A stretch of DNA of 64,000 nucleotides from Octopus vulgaris (GCA_951406725.2 OX597822.1:66960001-67024000), one strand, 5' to 3'; positions 1 through 13,915 are shown, counted from the stretch's first letter. A program made the numbers and translations. Notes: generated by a model not told the origin, from the sequence alone.

Positions 1-59
<59 letters not shown>

Positions 60-330
60 CTGGTTTGAGTTGTTAAGCATTGTTTTTCCCTTCCCTAGTT
101 CCGCATGATCTCAGCATCCAGCCAATTAGCTCTCTGCTCATTGTATTCTTTAAAATATGGACCTAAATCGGCGTGCCATTACTCATATCGCACCCATTGC
201 CGCAAAAGTATCTCAATCCAGCTCGGTCCTGCGAATAATAATTGTGATTTGTTCTGAGGTGATAAATGCTTGCTTGAATTTCTTCTGAAATAAATTGCTT
301 CGTGTTTTCTTCAATGCCATATTGTTAGCT

Positions 331-416
<86 letters not shown>

Positions 417-418
<2 letters not shown>

Positions 419-620
419 TTAATCCAAACAAGAAAGCACAAAGAGACACAACAACGCGAAGACGTGGAACAAATATAGTATTATTGGACGCTCAGGAAAG
501 AAGGAAAGTAGGAGAGTCTAACGTTTCGAGCGGAGCTCTTCGTCGGAAACATAGGAGAAGGAAAGATCCAGAGAAGGGAAGACAGGGGGAAAAAATCGTC
601 AACAGTACACACGCGATCAG
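417..620 (-). mobile_element. HHR-bearing short repeat, family H1 (Penelope pLTR-like)
   Basis: Reverse complement of the repeats at 17885-18082 and 18563-18768. Contains gttt-CCGACGA-A-GAGC-TCC-GCTC-GAAA-CG-TT-agac (516-550). Its 3' end abuts (TA)n. Confidence 0.75.
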
Positions 621-1889
621 GAAAAACGTGGTTTCAGTATTACCTGTGATAAACGTATATTTTCGGTGCAGTTGCTGAGAATAACAGCCTGGGAAACGAA
701 ATAAGTGTATGAAAGGAACACCAACGGTTCCAAAAGATTTTCCTGACCGTGTACTCATCTTATATCTCCTCTGAGGTGCCTGTAACTGTTTGCGAATGTT
801 TTTACTTTTAGAACCCTCATCGCATTATTTAGCAATTTCTCCTGCTATGCTACGATCAATTAGGTTATGCCATATTCTTATACAATCATATCCTTATAAC
901 TATATGGGAGCTTTCTGTAAATTTGAAATATATTACATCCATTTTAGACTGGTCGAGGTACTATTTAAAACGCCAGGGTCGTTATATAGGTCACATTATT
1001 CGCTTATTTACATTGAATTTCCATTAAATTTCCATTGTAATGTCGATAATTAGATTAATTGTACATGAAGAGATGTTGCCATCTTCATAGTTACTTCTGA
1101 AACATCTTGTAATTTTTTGAATTCTCTCCTCCGAATGTGTAATTGGATAATCTTAGCTGCAAAATTTCAAAGTTAATGTGTTTACTCCAATTTATTTGAA
1201 ATGCTATGGGCCCAAGAGATATATTTCCTTATGTATTTAGAAATCCATTGATATTTCTAACAGTGATTTCCCCTTCAGGTGTAGCAAATGAGAGTGTCCT
1301 ATCCATGCGTTCATCGCCGTTGTTAGTTTCTTTCATTTAAGGCTTAAATAGGTTGAATTATATTTCGGAATACTTGTATAGGAATTTAGATCCTAATCTA
1401 CAAATAGAGACTATTGAAAATAAAAGCATCAATAACCGAAAAAAAAAACACAATGCGGTATTAGGCAAGAATAAGATTAAACACCTGAGTAACAACGTAG
1501 AAATTTAGTAGACAAAATTTCAAATTCTTGTGGACCCCCGGAAAAATATATTCTAATCCACTTGAAAGCATCTGCAATCGCCACAAATGCCTCTAGCTTA
1601 ATGCAAGTATGGCAGGGAGCCTCCGCTACAGAAAGGCAAATTTTATCAATTTCACTCACTTCTGCTCATGCATGTGTTTTATGTCGAGTAGAGGTTTCTA
1701 GGTGAATACTCACGTATAAATACACACATGTATTTTAATGCATAAGAGATGCCTATGCAGAGATGCCTATGCAGGCGAGTATACATTTCCCATTCATACA
1801 TTTATATAAATTATATTTTACGTTAATAATTTCATGGACTTAATCTGTCTTTCAAATTAATGATGGTGGCAAGCGCTATGTTTCATCTG

Positions 1890-2150
1890 GACCACATTGG
1901 CGTAGCCTATAGTTTATAAGCAATACTCGTAATGTCTCTCAAGGCTATGAAAGTCTTTGAAAGCAAAATTGTAATGCAAAAGATTTGCTCACAACTGGAA
2001 CACTCTTGAGAAAGAGAATAGATCTCCAAACTGTATGACGCAAACACCGAATGTCACTTTGGACAAGTACTTTACTGAATGATGTAGGAAAGTACTTCTT
2101 CAGGATTGGTTTCAGAAAAGCAACTGAGTTCATACTCAAGTCTTCCTAAA
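1890..2150 (-). pseudogene. Possible hAT transposase C-terminal (dimerisation domain) remnant
   Basis: Manual translation ETNPEEVLSYI...SSCEQIFCITILLSKTFIALR resembles the hAT motif ASCERSFSKLKLIKTYLR. Contains stops. Confidence 0.3.
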
Positions 2151-2454
2151 ATTTTCATTTACACTTCAGTTCAGAAAATTGTGATGGTTAGAATTGTTTA
2201 CGCACAAATGTTGTTCAATTACTTAAATTACTTACCAGAGAAGCCCAAGCGTAAAAAGAAAGTAATCTATTCGTTCTATATTTGATTATGGTGAATTTCT
2301 AAATGCCTATATCACAGGGACTGGTCGAGTACTAAAGCAGTAGTATTTCTAAAAGAATTGGTGTAATCCTGAAATTATTAGAATTTGAGGCTAAGGGCTA
2401 AATCTTCGTCAAAAATGTTTGAAAGGCATCAGGAAGCGACACGAATGCTAGATT

Positions 2455-2862
2455 ACACTTTTACTCTTTTACTTGCTTCAGTCATTTGACTACGGCCATG
2501 CTGGAGCACCGCCTTTAGTCGAGCAAATAGACCCCAGGACTTATACTTTTGCAAGCCTAGTACTTATTCTATCGGTGTCTTTTGCCGAACCGCTAAGTTA
2601 CGGGGGCGGACACACACTAGCATCGGTTGTCAAGCGATATTGGGTGGGGGGGGATAAACACAGACAGACATAGACACACACAAACATATATATATATACG
2701 ACGGGCTTCTTTCAGTTTCCGTCTACCAAATCCACTCACAAGGCTTTGGTCAGCCCAAGGCTATAGTAGAAGACACTTGCCCAAAGTGCCATGCAGTGGG
2801 ACTGAACCCGGAACCATGTAGTTGGTAAGCATGCTACTTACCACTCAGTCACTGCTACGCCT
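2455..2862 (-). mobile_element. tRNA-derived SINE family A, full length
   Basis: Head with A-box-like TGACTGAGTGG and B box GGTTCAGTCCC, then TTGGGCAAGTG, an internal CA/TA microsatellite and an (AAAGAGTAA)-type tail. More than 12 copies in the window. Confidence 0.9.
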
Positions 2863-3041
2863 ATCTTTAACCCTTCAACACACACACACGCACGCACACA
2901 CGCACACACAAACACGCACACACATATATATTCATGTATATATATGCGTGTGCTTGTGTCTATGTGTTCGTTTGTAGCTTTCACACTTGCATACATACAT
3001 ACAAAGACTTGCATACATACATACATACATACATACATACA

Positions 3042-3077
<36 letters not shown>

Positions 3078-4349
3078 TATTCATGTATATAAATATATAT
3101 ATATATGTGTGTGAGTGCTTGTGTTTCTGTGTCCGTTTCTATGCTTAGGTGTGTATGCGTGAGTGTGTATGTGTGTGCGTGTGTGCGTATGTGTGTGTGT
3201 GTGCATAAATACATATACAAATGGGAGACAGAGAAGGAAGTCATTTTAATATATAATAAAGCAGGAAAGCGAGATTTAACGATAGGTTGAGAGAAAAGGG
3301 ATGATCATAAAGCTATACAGTAATATATACATACAGTAAGAGAGACATACAAAAGAATGACATACAAAAAGAAAGAGAAAATTAGAGCAATGGAGAGAGA
3401 GAGGATGGGTAACAGTGAGGAAATGTTCAAAAAGAAATAAGAGAAATATTTGTAGGATATCACATTTTCTCCGATTGTTTCATTTATATGAAAATTTAAA
3501 AGTAGAGAGAGAAATGAAATAAATCTTTAAAATTGCGCAGTTCTAACGGAAATAACTGTTCTCATAGATTAGCTCAGAAATATTACATTCAATTCGTTTC
3601 TTCTTAGAAAAATTAATAGATTTAAACGACGTATAATACAAAATATCACAGAAATAGATAAAAGCTAGATTGAATTTCAAATAAAGAAAAAAATACAAAG
3701 TAAACAATACAGCAGTCAAAACGAAATCTAATTATACCAACTAATGAAATATGTATGCGTATGTATGCTCGTATACATGTATATGTGTATGTATCTATGT
3801 ACACATATACTACCAGTGTCACGATAAATAATTTAAAACTAAAATAACTAAATGACACAGATCAATAGCATTCCAATAGAAGTAATTTTCAAAGCCACCC
3901 TCGCATGCTACCCATTCACCTTCCATTTTAGAATCGACAATTTCATTATACAGCAACTACAGCAAATTAACTCTTTAATAGAAGACAAGCAGCTATCAGC
4001 TTTTATTTTCGTCACACATATATGATACGCACTGGCGCAAATGATGAGAAAATCAGAATTGACAGATTACTTAGCGATCAAATTGTTTGTTGTATCAAAT
4101 CCAATATTGATATGCTGTCCCAAGAAAGTTCTGCTGCATCCCACAGGCGTATCGAATGGATGAAAATAATCAATTTGCTTATACCGGCAATTCACTTTAT
4201 CATCGTGTCTTCTGTCTTTATGAATCTAGTCCTACACCGGTGTGTCACAGTTGATTTCTTAGCAAATTAGTTATAGCAATCTCTATAAAATTTTGTTTGA
4301 TTTTGAGCGGGCAATTCATTATAATCTCAAAAATGATATCTGTTCTTGA

Positions 4350-4380
<31 letters not shown>

Positions 4381-4385
4381 ATTAT

Positions 4386-4612
4386 AGGCGTAGGAGTGGC
4401 TGTGTGGTAAGTAGCTTGCTTACGAACCACATGGTTCCGGGTTCAGTCCCAGTGCATGACATCTTGGTCAAGTGTCTTCGACTATAGCCTGGGACCGACC
4501 AAAGCCTTGCGGGTGGATTTCGTAGACGGAAACTGAAAGAAGCCCGTCGTATATATGTGTGTGTATATGTTTGTGCGTCTGTGTCTGTCCCCCAACATCG
4601 CTTGACAACCGA
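4386..4612 (+). mobile_element. SINE family A, 3'-truncated
   Basis: AGGCGTAGGAGTGGCTGTGTGGTAAG...GGTTCAGTCCC head and body match the other copies. Confidence 0.9.
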
Positions 4613-5274
4613 TTTACAGAACACAAATTCGTGGTCGGGGCATAAATTCTAGAAACAAGGGGGTACTATTAACCCTAGTTAAACTCAGAGCGACGAATCC
4701 ATTTGTCCCATGTAAAGGCTGTTGCTAATTTCTTAATATCCCACTGAACGATGTCTGGGCTAGTGATCATCGCCAATATACTAGCCATCTTTGTGTTGCG
4801 CCTATTCCAAGGGACAAATAGCATTCAAACTCTATTTCACAGTGTGCCGCCATCTTGCCAATATCTTGTCCAAAAACGTGAGCCACAAATAAAGAAAGTA
4901 GGTGACGTCGCTTTGATATTATGAATACCACAATTCCTGAACCGATGAACAGAAACCTAGCACCTAGAAGCCATCTTGAATTTGCCACAAACCCCTAATT
5001 TTTTTCCTAATATTATGTGAGATGAATACGACCTGTGTGTTTAGGAAACATTACGTTAACTGGAACTGAGTTAAATTAGTACTAAATATATACTTGCTAT
5101 ATATGTTGAATGCCAGTTTCTTTCGTCTATCCGCAGATTGGTATTTGTGTTCCACATTCTGTTGAGCTCCATCCGCAAACGAGGGACAAATAATTGATAA
5201 TGGAGAGGCAACGGCTGCTGTATTGTTTGGCTGATCCAAAACCATCAAATACCATACACTTCACTTACCGTGTT

Positions 5275-6500
5275 TACCGTGAAATAGAAAGGATAATCAA
5301 AAACATGCGCTGGAATGCGTATTTCTTCGACAATTCAAAGTTCGGCTTTAAATCCTCAAAATGGCATCACTAGAAATATGAACGTGAGAGCTTCGAAGTT
5401 GACATTATGAACATTATTAAAACTGTAAGGTTTGTGTATCATTCTACGTCTTCCTAAGCTCTTTAAAGAGGTGCATGGCACAAATTAGAGAAGCATCCAA
5501 AGTGTAGATTCTCCCCTGTAAAAAAGAACTTATATAAACCAAACACTTTCACACGCACCGATATCTTTCTAATTCAGTCATCAAAATATATGCGATACCA
5601 AATATCACTTAAACACTGATACGAAAAAGCAAGCAACACTGCTACAGATAGAAGATCATGCGAACCGCCTCGCCATGCACCAAACATAAGGACACAGTAA
5701 CTTAATTTCTAATCTTAAATGCATGCTGATTCAGTTATCTAAGAGCGAAACAGGCATTGTAAGAAGTCAGCATTGTCGATGTCACCAACTCCACTACAAG
5801 AAATGCTTCGTTTTTAACCAATAGGATCGCAGTACAGCAATGATCTACCGGTTCCATGACATCGAACATAAAGCAGTCAGCGTGTTCACCTAGTTAAATA
5901 TCGTGTCTTTCAAACTTTCACTTTCAGGTTCCGTTTCACATGCATGACAGTAATTGATTTTAAAAGTTTTACACATACACCCAGTCAGGAGCAACTCTAG
6001 GGCACACTCAGCCTCCCTATCACGCTTTATCTGGAGATATATTGGTTATCGAAATGACTTCGCGAACATCAAATGGTGTATCATTAAGAGGAACAGTTGT
6101 TAGTCATCTGGATATCACAAGTGTTAACTTTTTGCAAGAGATTACACCAAACTAGACTATCCATCATCACGAAGATATTAATTTAATATTATTAAACAAG
6201 GTTTACCTCATAACGAGCTTCAACCTATTGTCAACAAACGATCCCGATATACACTCTAATTATAGCAGCTCTCTACAAACACAGGAGGAGGGTATCTAAA
6301 GCCTGCCCCCTATATACACTGCAGCCCTAATATATTGGTCACCTAACTTCAGTTGTAACCCAGCGTCATGGAACATAGGTTAAATGGAACGAACTGATGT
6401 CGCTGGTTTACTATGTGTTGCAACCTCTCAGAATCCTGGCAACGTCCATACGAATTCGTGAACTCAAAATCAAAGAAATAGCTGCTGATGCTTTTACAGT
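5275..6500 (+). pseudogene. Degenerate Penelope-like element reverse transcriptase
   Basis: Manual translation across frameshifts gives EIERIIKNMRWNAYFF..FGFKS..FEVDIMNIIKTVRF, then KCMLIQLSKSETGIV and FHDIEHK..FT*LNIVSF. These match, in order, PLE RT motifs KRMRWKAxFF, YGFKS, CRLINPAKSEIG and FIQFDIxxFYPSI. Confidence 0.7.
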
Positions 6501-6723
6501 ATTAACACCAAGTGACCTAAACTGGCCTATAGTTTCTTAAAACCTGGAAGCCATATTATATTTATCTCTCAGTCTCTATCTCTCTTCTCTTAGTGTTGGA
6601 ACACATGGACCTACCCTAGGCGCCCAAGAAACTGTAAGCCATGAGAGGGTGAGACAACCCCTCCTGAATACATACGCGTGTGCACACGCTCACGTTTAAA
6701 CAGAGATATGCAGAGAGACGAAC

Positions 6724-6773
<50 letters not shown>

Positions 6774-7110
6774 GTGTGTGTGTGGTTTAAATGGATATAT
6801 ATGTATGCACTGATATGCGTGTATGTCTGTGTGTCAGCGTGTGCTTGTCTATTTTTTTAAATGCATATATTTGTATTCACTGATGTATGTGTATGTGTGT
6901 GTGTGTGTGTGTGTATGAGTAATATATATTAAATCAAATTGTAAAGCTGTGGTGTGAATAGACATAAACGTGTTACAAGTTCAAATACGCATAAATCATA
7001 ATTCGAACCTTTAACAAAATTTTTCACTGTATATTGTGACGAAGGAAAATTTTGACTCTAGACTAATAGGTGACAACACATCAAATCAGCTAGAAGTGCT
7101 CCCTAACCAG

Positions 7111-7159
7111 ACATATGAATGCATGCATTTCGGAGTAGTTATCTCCTCTTCAGCATTGT
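7111..7159 (-). ncRNA. Type-I hammerhead ribozyme motif with canonical core
   Basis: acaatg-CTGAAGA-GGAG-ATAACTA-CTCC-GAAA-TGCATGCA-TT-cat(a)tgt. All core nucleotides are present, stems I and II pair, and stem III is palindromic. Confidence 0.8.
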
Positions 7160-7544
7160 ATCCTATAAGGGTTGAATTCAGATAGATCTATCTTATCATT
7201 AAACACAGCGCTTTGATTTCGTATACATCTATCTATATGAGAGTGTGCGCTTATGTGTGCATGTGTACGTGTGTGTGTGTGTGTGTGCATGTTTCTATTC
7301 ATGTATGTTTACATACACATGAAAGGCATTTAGATCCATTAGTTTGGAAGCTGTGTAAAAATCTGTTGAGATAATAACCATTAACAAGTTAAGTAGAAAA
7401 TGCAGCCAAATTGGGCGTTCGTCAATTTGGAAGCAAAATGTGCATCGTTAGACAACCGGTGTTGGTGTGTTTACGTCCCCTAAACCTTCTGGCTCGGTAA
7501 AAAAAAGATCGAGAGAACATACCAGAATTTAAAAAAAAACGTTC

Positions 7545-7767
7545 TGGGTTCTCTCTTTTACTCTTTTACTTGTTTCAGTCATTTGACTGTGGCCATGCTG
7601 GAGCGCCGCCTTTAGTCGCGCACATCGACTCCAGGACTTATTCTTTGTAAGCCTAGTAATTATTCTAATCCTAACGTAAACAAACATGCATCGGTTGTCA
7701 AGCGATGTTGGGCGGACAAACACAGACACACAAACATATACACACACAAACACACACACACACACAT

Positions 7768-7809
<42 letters not shown>

Positions 7810-7977
7810 CATACGACGGGCTTCTTTCAGTTTCCGTCTACCAAATCCTCTCACAAGGCTTTGGTTGACCCGAGGCTACAGTGGAAGACACCTGCCCAAG
7901 CTGCCACGCAGTGGGACTGAACACTGAACCGTGTAGTTCGTCAGAAAGCTACTTACCACATAACCACTCATACGCCT
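7545..7977 (-). mobile_element. SINE family A
   Basis: Colinear with the 2455-2862 copy, with an internal deletion. Confidence 0.85.
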
Positions 7978-8111
7978 ATTCATTCGAATAAACATTGAAG
8001 ATGGTGCCTCAGCATGGTTGCAATCTAATAACCGAAACAAGTATAAAAAGAAATAAAGAGATAACGATCCTCACGCGTGGTGGCACAGAAAGTTATATAT
8101 ACCGGATATAG

Positions 8112-8520
8112 TGGCGAGTTGGCAGAATCGTTAGCACGTCGAGCGAAATGCTTAGTAATATTACGTCTGTCGTTACGTTCTGAGTTCAAATTCCGCCGAG
8201 GTCGACTTTGCCTTTCATCCTTTCGAGGTCGATTAAATAGGTACCAGTTACGCACTGGGGTCGATAAATGACTTTATGCCTTTGTCTGTCCTTGTTTGTC
8301 CTCTCTGTGTGTAGCCTCTTGTGGGTAGAAAAGAAAGAAATATTACCTTTGCCGTTATGTTCTTAGTTCAAATTCCGCCGAGGTCGACTTTGCCTGTCAT
8401 CTTTTCGGGGTCGATTAAATACGTACCTGTTGCGCACTGGATTCGATGCGATCTACTTAATCCCTTTGTCTGTCCTTGTCTGTCCCCTCTATGTTTATCC
8501 CCCTGCGGGCAATAAAGAAT
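8112..8520 (+). mobile_element. tRNA-derived SINE family B (dimer)
   Basis: GGCGAGTTGGCAGAATCGTTAGC head, B box GAGTTCAAATTCC, core GTCGACTTTGCCTTTCATCCTTTCGAGGTCGAT. A second unit restarts at about 8355. Confidence 0.85.
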
Positions 8521-8721
8521 TATCTGTATATCAGATTTTATCAGTACACACACGCACTCTCACGTACACACATTTAGAAATATTCTTTTATTCTTTTACT
8601 GCTTTCAGTCATTTGCCACGGCCATCCTGAAACATAGCATTAGAGGAGTGGTGCGTGTGTGTTCTAGTCGAAGAAATCGACCCCACGACTTATTGACACA
8701 CACACACTCATGATTATATAC

Positions 8722-8776
<55 letters not shown>

Positions 8777-8781
<5 letters not shown>

Positions 8782-8950
8782 CAAAATGAGACAGGAACGC
8801 AAAACACTCAGGCAGGTGATACTATAGACGAACAAGAAAACATCCAGATAGACGATACAAAGAAAACAAGGACGGTCATTCGGAGTCTTCTTTCGTCAGT
8901 CGAGTTCCAGATTATCGTTGTAATTTCGGCTGGTTATATTCGAGATTCTC
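8777..8950 (-). repeat. Short repeat family H3, flanked by (TA)n
   Basis: Similar to 34870-34996 (TACAAA..GACA.GAACG.AAAACA...AATTTCGGCTG). Carries CAGCCGAAAT, like the 3' half of the HHR at 32928-32966. Confidence 0.55.
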
Positions 8951-8974
8951 ATATATGTATACATATATATATGT

Positions 8975-9029
<55 letters not shown>

Positions 9030-9032
<3 letters not shown>

Positions 9033-10490
9033 AAGGTTTACACAAATAAACAAAAGACGAAGGCAGGTGGAGTACAAACAAACAATGTATTAGTACGGCG
9101 CTCAGGAATAGAAATAAAACAAGTCTTTTACGTTTCGAGCCTACGTCTTCGACAGAAAGATACACAGAAAAGAAACAAGGAGAGAAAAAAATTGCGTGTA
9201 GGGGCTAACGATCCAACATGGCGTTCTGATTTCAGGCTGAAGTCAGAGATCAGAGGTCAGACGTTAGACGCTTGAGGGATAGTAGGGGAGATAACAGGGC
9301 CAAGTGACCTCGCATCAATATGAAGGTGCGTATGTGCATAAAAGAGTATGTATGTGCATGTGAAATAGGGCTGGTGGTCTGGACGTGTGTATGTATGATG
9401 TGATGTGTAATGTCGTATGGTGTAGTGTAGTGTGGTGTGATGTTGTGGGGAGGTGGGGGCGAGAGTGGGGAAAGCCCATGTGGGTGTGGGTTCGGCTAGG
9501 AGTTAGGGTTGTGGGGAGAGTGAGAAGGGGAGAGAAGAGAGAGGATGGGGGAGGGGGAGTGGAGATGAGGGGGAGAGGGAGAGAGGGAGAGGAGAAGGAA
9601 GGAGAGGGAGGGAAAGGGATAGAAAGAGGAGGGGAGAGGGAGAGGAGGATGAGGGGAAGGAGAGGAGAGGAGGGGAGGGAGAGAGAAGGGGAGTGAGGGA
9701 GCAGAGAGAAAGAGAGAGGGGGAAGAAGAAAGAAGAAAGAAGAAGAGGGAAGAAGGGAAGAGGAGGGAAAGAGAGTATGTGTGAAAAGATGAAGGACTGA
9801 AGAGAAGTAGGAGTCGGGGGAGGTTAGATGAAAAAGGGGGGGTTAGATGAAGAGGGGGAGAGTTGAGACCAAATGGCGTAAAAGAGCGAAGAGAGATGAT
9901 TAATCCCTGTTCACGGCGCAAACGGGAATCCGGATGGCCTCTGTGCAAGGACAATCCGAACACAGACAGGTGTTGCAAGGAGTGACCGGTGGAGCGGAAA
10001 TGGCGTGAGACCGGTGTGTCATTGGCAAGGCGGATGTCTCGGAGGTGTTCCGCGAACCGGTCAGCCAAGCGGCGTCCCGTTTGTCCGATGTACAGGGAAT
10101 GGTAGAGAGAGCAGGATATGCAATAGATGATATTGCTGGAGGTGCAGGTGAAGGAGTCGATGATGCGATAGGGTCGATGATGGGTGCCAGTGAGGAGGGT
10201 GGTGTTGGAGAGGTAAGGGCAAGTGCGGCAACGTGGGCGGGAGCAGGGGAACGAGCCAGGTTGGGAGGTAGGGTCAGGGAAGAAGCTGTGGACCAAGAGG
10301 TCTCGTAGGTTATGGGCTCGTTTGAAGGAGGGGAGGGGTCGGTTAGGGAAGAGGTGTGAAGTGGACGGGTCGGACTGGAGATGCCGGAAAGCTCGAAGAA
10401 TGGTGCGTTGGAGAGGTAGGGTGGTGGGGTGGTAAGTGAGGGGAAAAGGGAGGCGGGAGACTGCAGGGCGGGTTCGGGGGAAAAGAGCAG
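9030..10490 (-). mobile_element. 5'-truncated Penelope-like element: GIY-YIG endonuclease end plus 3' region/pLTR with HHR (family H2)
   Basis: Coding segment 9860-10490, a pyrimidine-rich 3' region, and HHR-like tcttt-CTGTCGA-AGACGTAGGCTC-GAAA-CG-TA-aaaga at 9124-9160. Bounded by CA and TA microsatellites. Confidence 0.9.
9860..10490 (-). pseudogene. PLE C-terminal thumb/linker and GIY-YIG endonuclease fragment
   Basis: PFPLTYHP...FKRAHNLRDLLVHS...PCSRPRCRTCPY...FTCTSSNIIYCISC..YIGQTGRRLADRFAEH...PVSRHF...RE..I..L....PFGLN. Open frame with no native start. Confidence 0.93.
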
Positions 10491-10552
<62 letters not shown>

Positions 10553-10871
10553 GTGTGTGTGTGCATGTGTGTGTGTGTGCATGTGTTCTGTTAAGAACGT
10601 AATAGAGTACATTAGAAAGTGTGTCCACCTTCAGATATCACTCTATGCTATCCAGAGTAGTATTATACGTAGTTAGAGTTTTAGATTAGGGCTTCTTTTA
10701 TGTCTGGATGGATATTTGAAAAAAATTAGAGTCAACAAGAAAGAGCACAGGTGGACATCTATTTTCAATCCCTACAATTGTTTCTACGCAACATAGTTCT
10801 CCAGTTGTTGTGGAAGTACTTGATTATGCAACTGTTTGGTTGCATTGAGATCTAGTTGTCTTTTCAATTAT

Positions 10872-10934
<63 letters not shown>

Positions 10935-10949
10935 TAGGTATATATATAC

Positions 10950-11525
10950 TCTTACTCTTTACTCTTTTACTTGATTCAGTCATTTGACTGCGGCGATGCT
11001 GGAGCACCGCCTTTTAGTCGAGCATATCGACCCCGGGACTTATTCTTTGTAAGCCCAGTACTTATTCTATCGGTCTCTTTTGCCGAACCGATAAGAAACG
11101 GCGACGTAAACACACCAGCATCGGTTGTCAAGCAATGCTAGGGGAACAAACACAGACACACAAACATACACACACATATATCTATACATATATACGATGG
11201 GCTCCTTTCAGTTTCCGTCTACCAAATCCACTCACAAGGCTTTGGTCGGCCTGAGGCTATAGTAGAAGACACTTGCCCAAGATGCTACGCAGTGGGAATG
11301 AACCCGAAACCATGTGGTTGGTAAGCAAGCTACTTACCACACAGCCACTCCTGCGCCTATACGACAGGCTATTTTTACTTTCCGTGCACCAAATCCACTA
11401 ACAAGGCCTTGGTCGGCTCGAGGCTATAGTAGAATATACCCGCATAAGGTGCCACACAGTGGGACTAATCCCGGAACCAATTGGTTGGGAAGCAAGCTTC
11501 TCACCACACAGCCTCGCCTGCGCCT
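10950..11525 (-). mobile_element. SINE family A full copy plus adjacent diverged partial head
   Basis: Full copy 10950-11358; second head and body 11360-11525. Confidence 0.9.
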
Positions 11526-12991
11526 ATTATTTACAGAACAGAGGAAGAATATAATCCGTACATAGTTTACGACTAAGTGCATATTATATTATATGTATGT
11601 TCGGGTGTGAGTGTGAGTGTGCGTTCGTGTGTGCGTGTGTATGTGTTGATTTGTTTTGTGTGTGTGTGCGGGGCGAGGGGTGCTTGTGCGATGAATATTC
11701 TAGTGGTAGTGTGCAATTAAGAAGTAATACATCGATAAAAGCTTCAATTCGATGTGAACAACACGCATACTTGCTACTATATTATACTGTAACTATCTTA
11801 CGTTATTGTATAATAACAATAATAATAAGAATAAGAATAATAATAATAATAATAATAGTAATAATAGTAATTATTATTATTATTTTTATTAATATTATTA
11901 TTATTTTTATACGAAGCAGAAGATGAGGAAAGAGAAATTGATTGAGTCTTATTATTGATAGTGTTGTTATTATTATCATTATTATCTTATGTTAATATTA
12001 GTATATAGATTTATAAGAGTTATGTTTCATTGCGGTAGACCCTAAGACTTAGTAGCGAAGAAAGTCTGTTCCAACAACCAATGAAAATAGTTTCTGAATG
12101 TTTCAAAGGAAAAGAAAATCTAAAATGATAACATAACCTTTTACATAATTTTCTAAGAATTCAATACAAGCTATAATTAATATCTTCCACGCCATTTAAA
12201 ATCAATTTACCATGTTCAATTAGTGGGAACATTTAAAAAAATGTAATAATAATCATCACAATGCATTCATAACTACTTTATATTTTGGATATGAAAGTTT
12301 CTGTTGGAAAATGTCAGCAGGAAGTAAATCATAAAATATTCTTTATCAGACATGCATTGATACTTCCTTCCTAAAATATCATTATAACAGAGAAACTTCA
12401 AAGCAAAGTTACTTAACAAATGTTTTCTAAAGACATGATCATGAATGGTATTTAGCCATATCTTTCCAGATACACTATCTATAGTCATCTTCGCCAAATA
12501 GGCTTTTATTCATGAAAATCGTGATACATAAATATATGCAAATTTTTCTGGAAAAATTCCATAATTATTATATAAATTTTTTTTTTACAATATTCTAACC
12601 GAATAAGACATATCGATAGATATTTATTGGCCTCTCTCCATCTGGTCGATTTATTTCAAAACTATTTGCATTTAACCCGGTTAATCTGATTAAATATAAT
12701 GCGTCTCGTGGTACTCCCTCACAACACACAGATAAATTATGTATAGGCATTTTTATCCAAGAGAATTACGATGTTTTAGTGCATTTTAAATTTTTGTTCA
12801 TTTTTTTTTACTCTTCTTTTGCAAAATATAACGTAACATTTCATTGATAACGTTACTTGATTTCATTTCTGCGAAAGAACACGGAAATAAAATTTTTGAT
12901 CATGATATAAATTTATACTGTTCAAAGATACCAGAGAAATGTTGCAAAATATATGATATATATATATATACACATACACACAAGGAGACAC

Positions 12992-13038
<47 letters not shown>

Positions 13039-13303
13039 TATAGTTGCTATTATGCAAAAGAGTTTTAAGTCCAAACCGTTGTTTTTTTTTTTTTTTCAGA
13101 AAATGTAAAAATTGTTTCACCGTTCTATAGCATAAACCGATGTACTACACTTTGACAATCTTTGAGATCTTAGCATCTGAAGTAGCTAAAGATACGATAG
13201 TTTGACGGAAAGAATCGGCTATTGCAAGCAAAAATAACTATTTTTAAAATGCATCTGGCCAAATATGGACATACGAGAGTTTAACATAATAGCAACGATA
13301 TAC

Positions 13304-13347
<44 letters not shown>

Positions 13348-13536
13348 TTCGTTTTGGGATTTGGTTTGCAAGATTAATTACATGAGATCGTGTGTTGAAG
13401 CATATTTTGTTGTGTCTGGGGAGAGTCATTTTCTTTTTTTTGACTTATAATGTAACACACGCACCGGTAAAATTTCCACTTTTTTCTTATTTTTATTTTC
13501 CTAAAATTTTCGTTGCGTCTTGCAACCTTTTCAATA

Positions 13537-13630
<94 letters not shown>

Positions 13631-13642
13631 ATATAAATCTAC

Positions 13643-13803
13643 TTTTTTTCTCTCCTTGTTTCTTTCTGTGTTCCTTCCTGTGGTAGAGCGTAGGCTCGAA
13701 ACGTGACAGACTTTTTCAATTCCCGAGCGTTATACTAATACATCTGTTTGTTTTCTACACCACCTATCTTCGTCTTTTTTGTTTTTTTCGCGAATTCTTC
13801 CCA
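13643..13803 (+). mobile_element. Family H2 solo pLTR-like repeat with degenerate HHR
   Basis: Reverse complement of 9030-9190. CTGTGGT-AGAGCGTAGGCTC-GAAACGTG. (TA)n on both sides. Confidence 0.75.
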
Positions 13804-13818
13804 TATATATATATATAT

Positions 13819-13915
<97 letters not shown>

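Noticed and set aside
620-1330. Possible LINE ORF1-like remnant on the minus strand
   Set aside because: Only a vague resemblance, multiple stops and no intact zinc knuckle.
1745-1774. 14-bp tandem duplication (also a 13-bp one near 24258-24283)
   Set aside because: Ordinary slippage duplication with no further structure.
6636-6672. GAGGG/CCCTC stem downstream of the PLE RT relic as an HHR
   Set aside because: Both core segments are too altered (CATGA, CTGAATA). Similar weak cases near 12035, 13176, 19160 and 34650 were also dropped.
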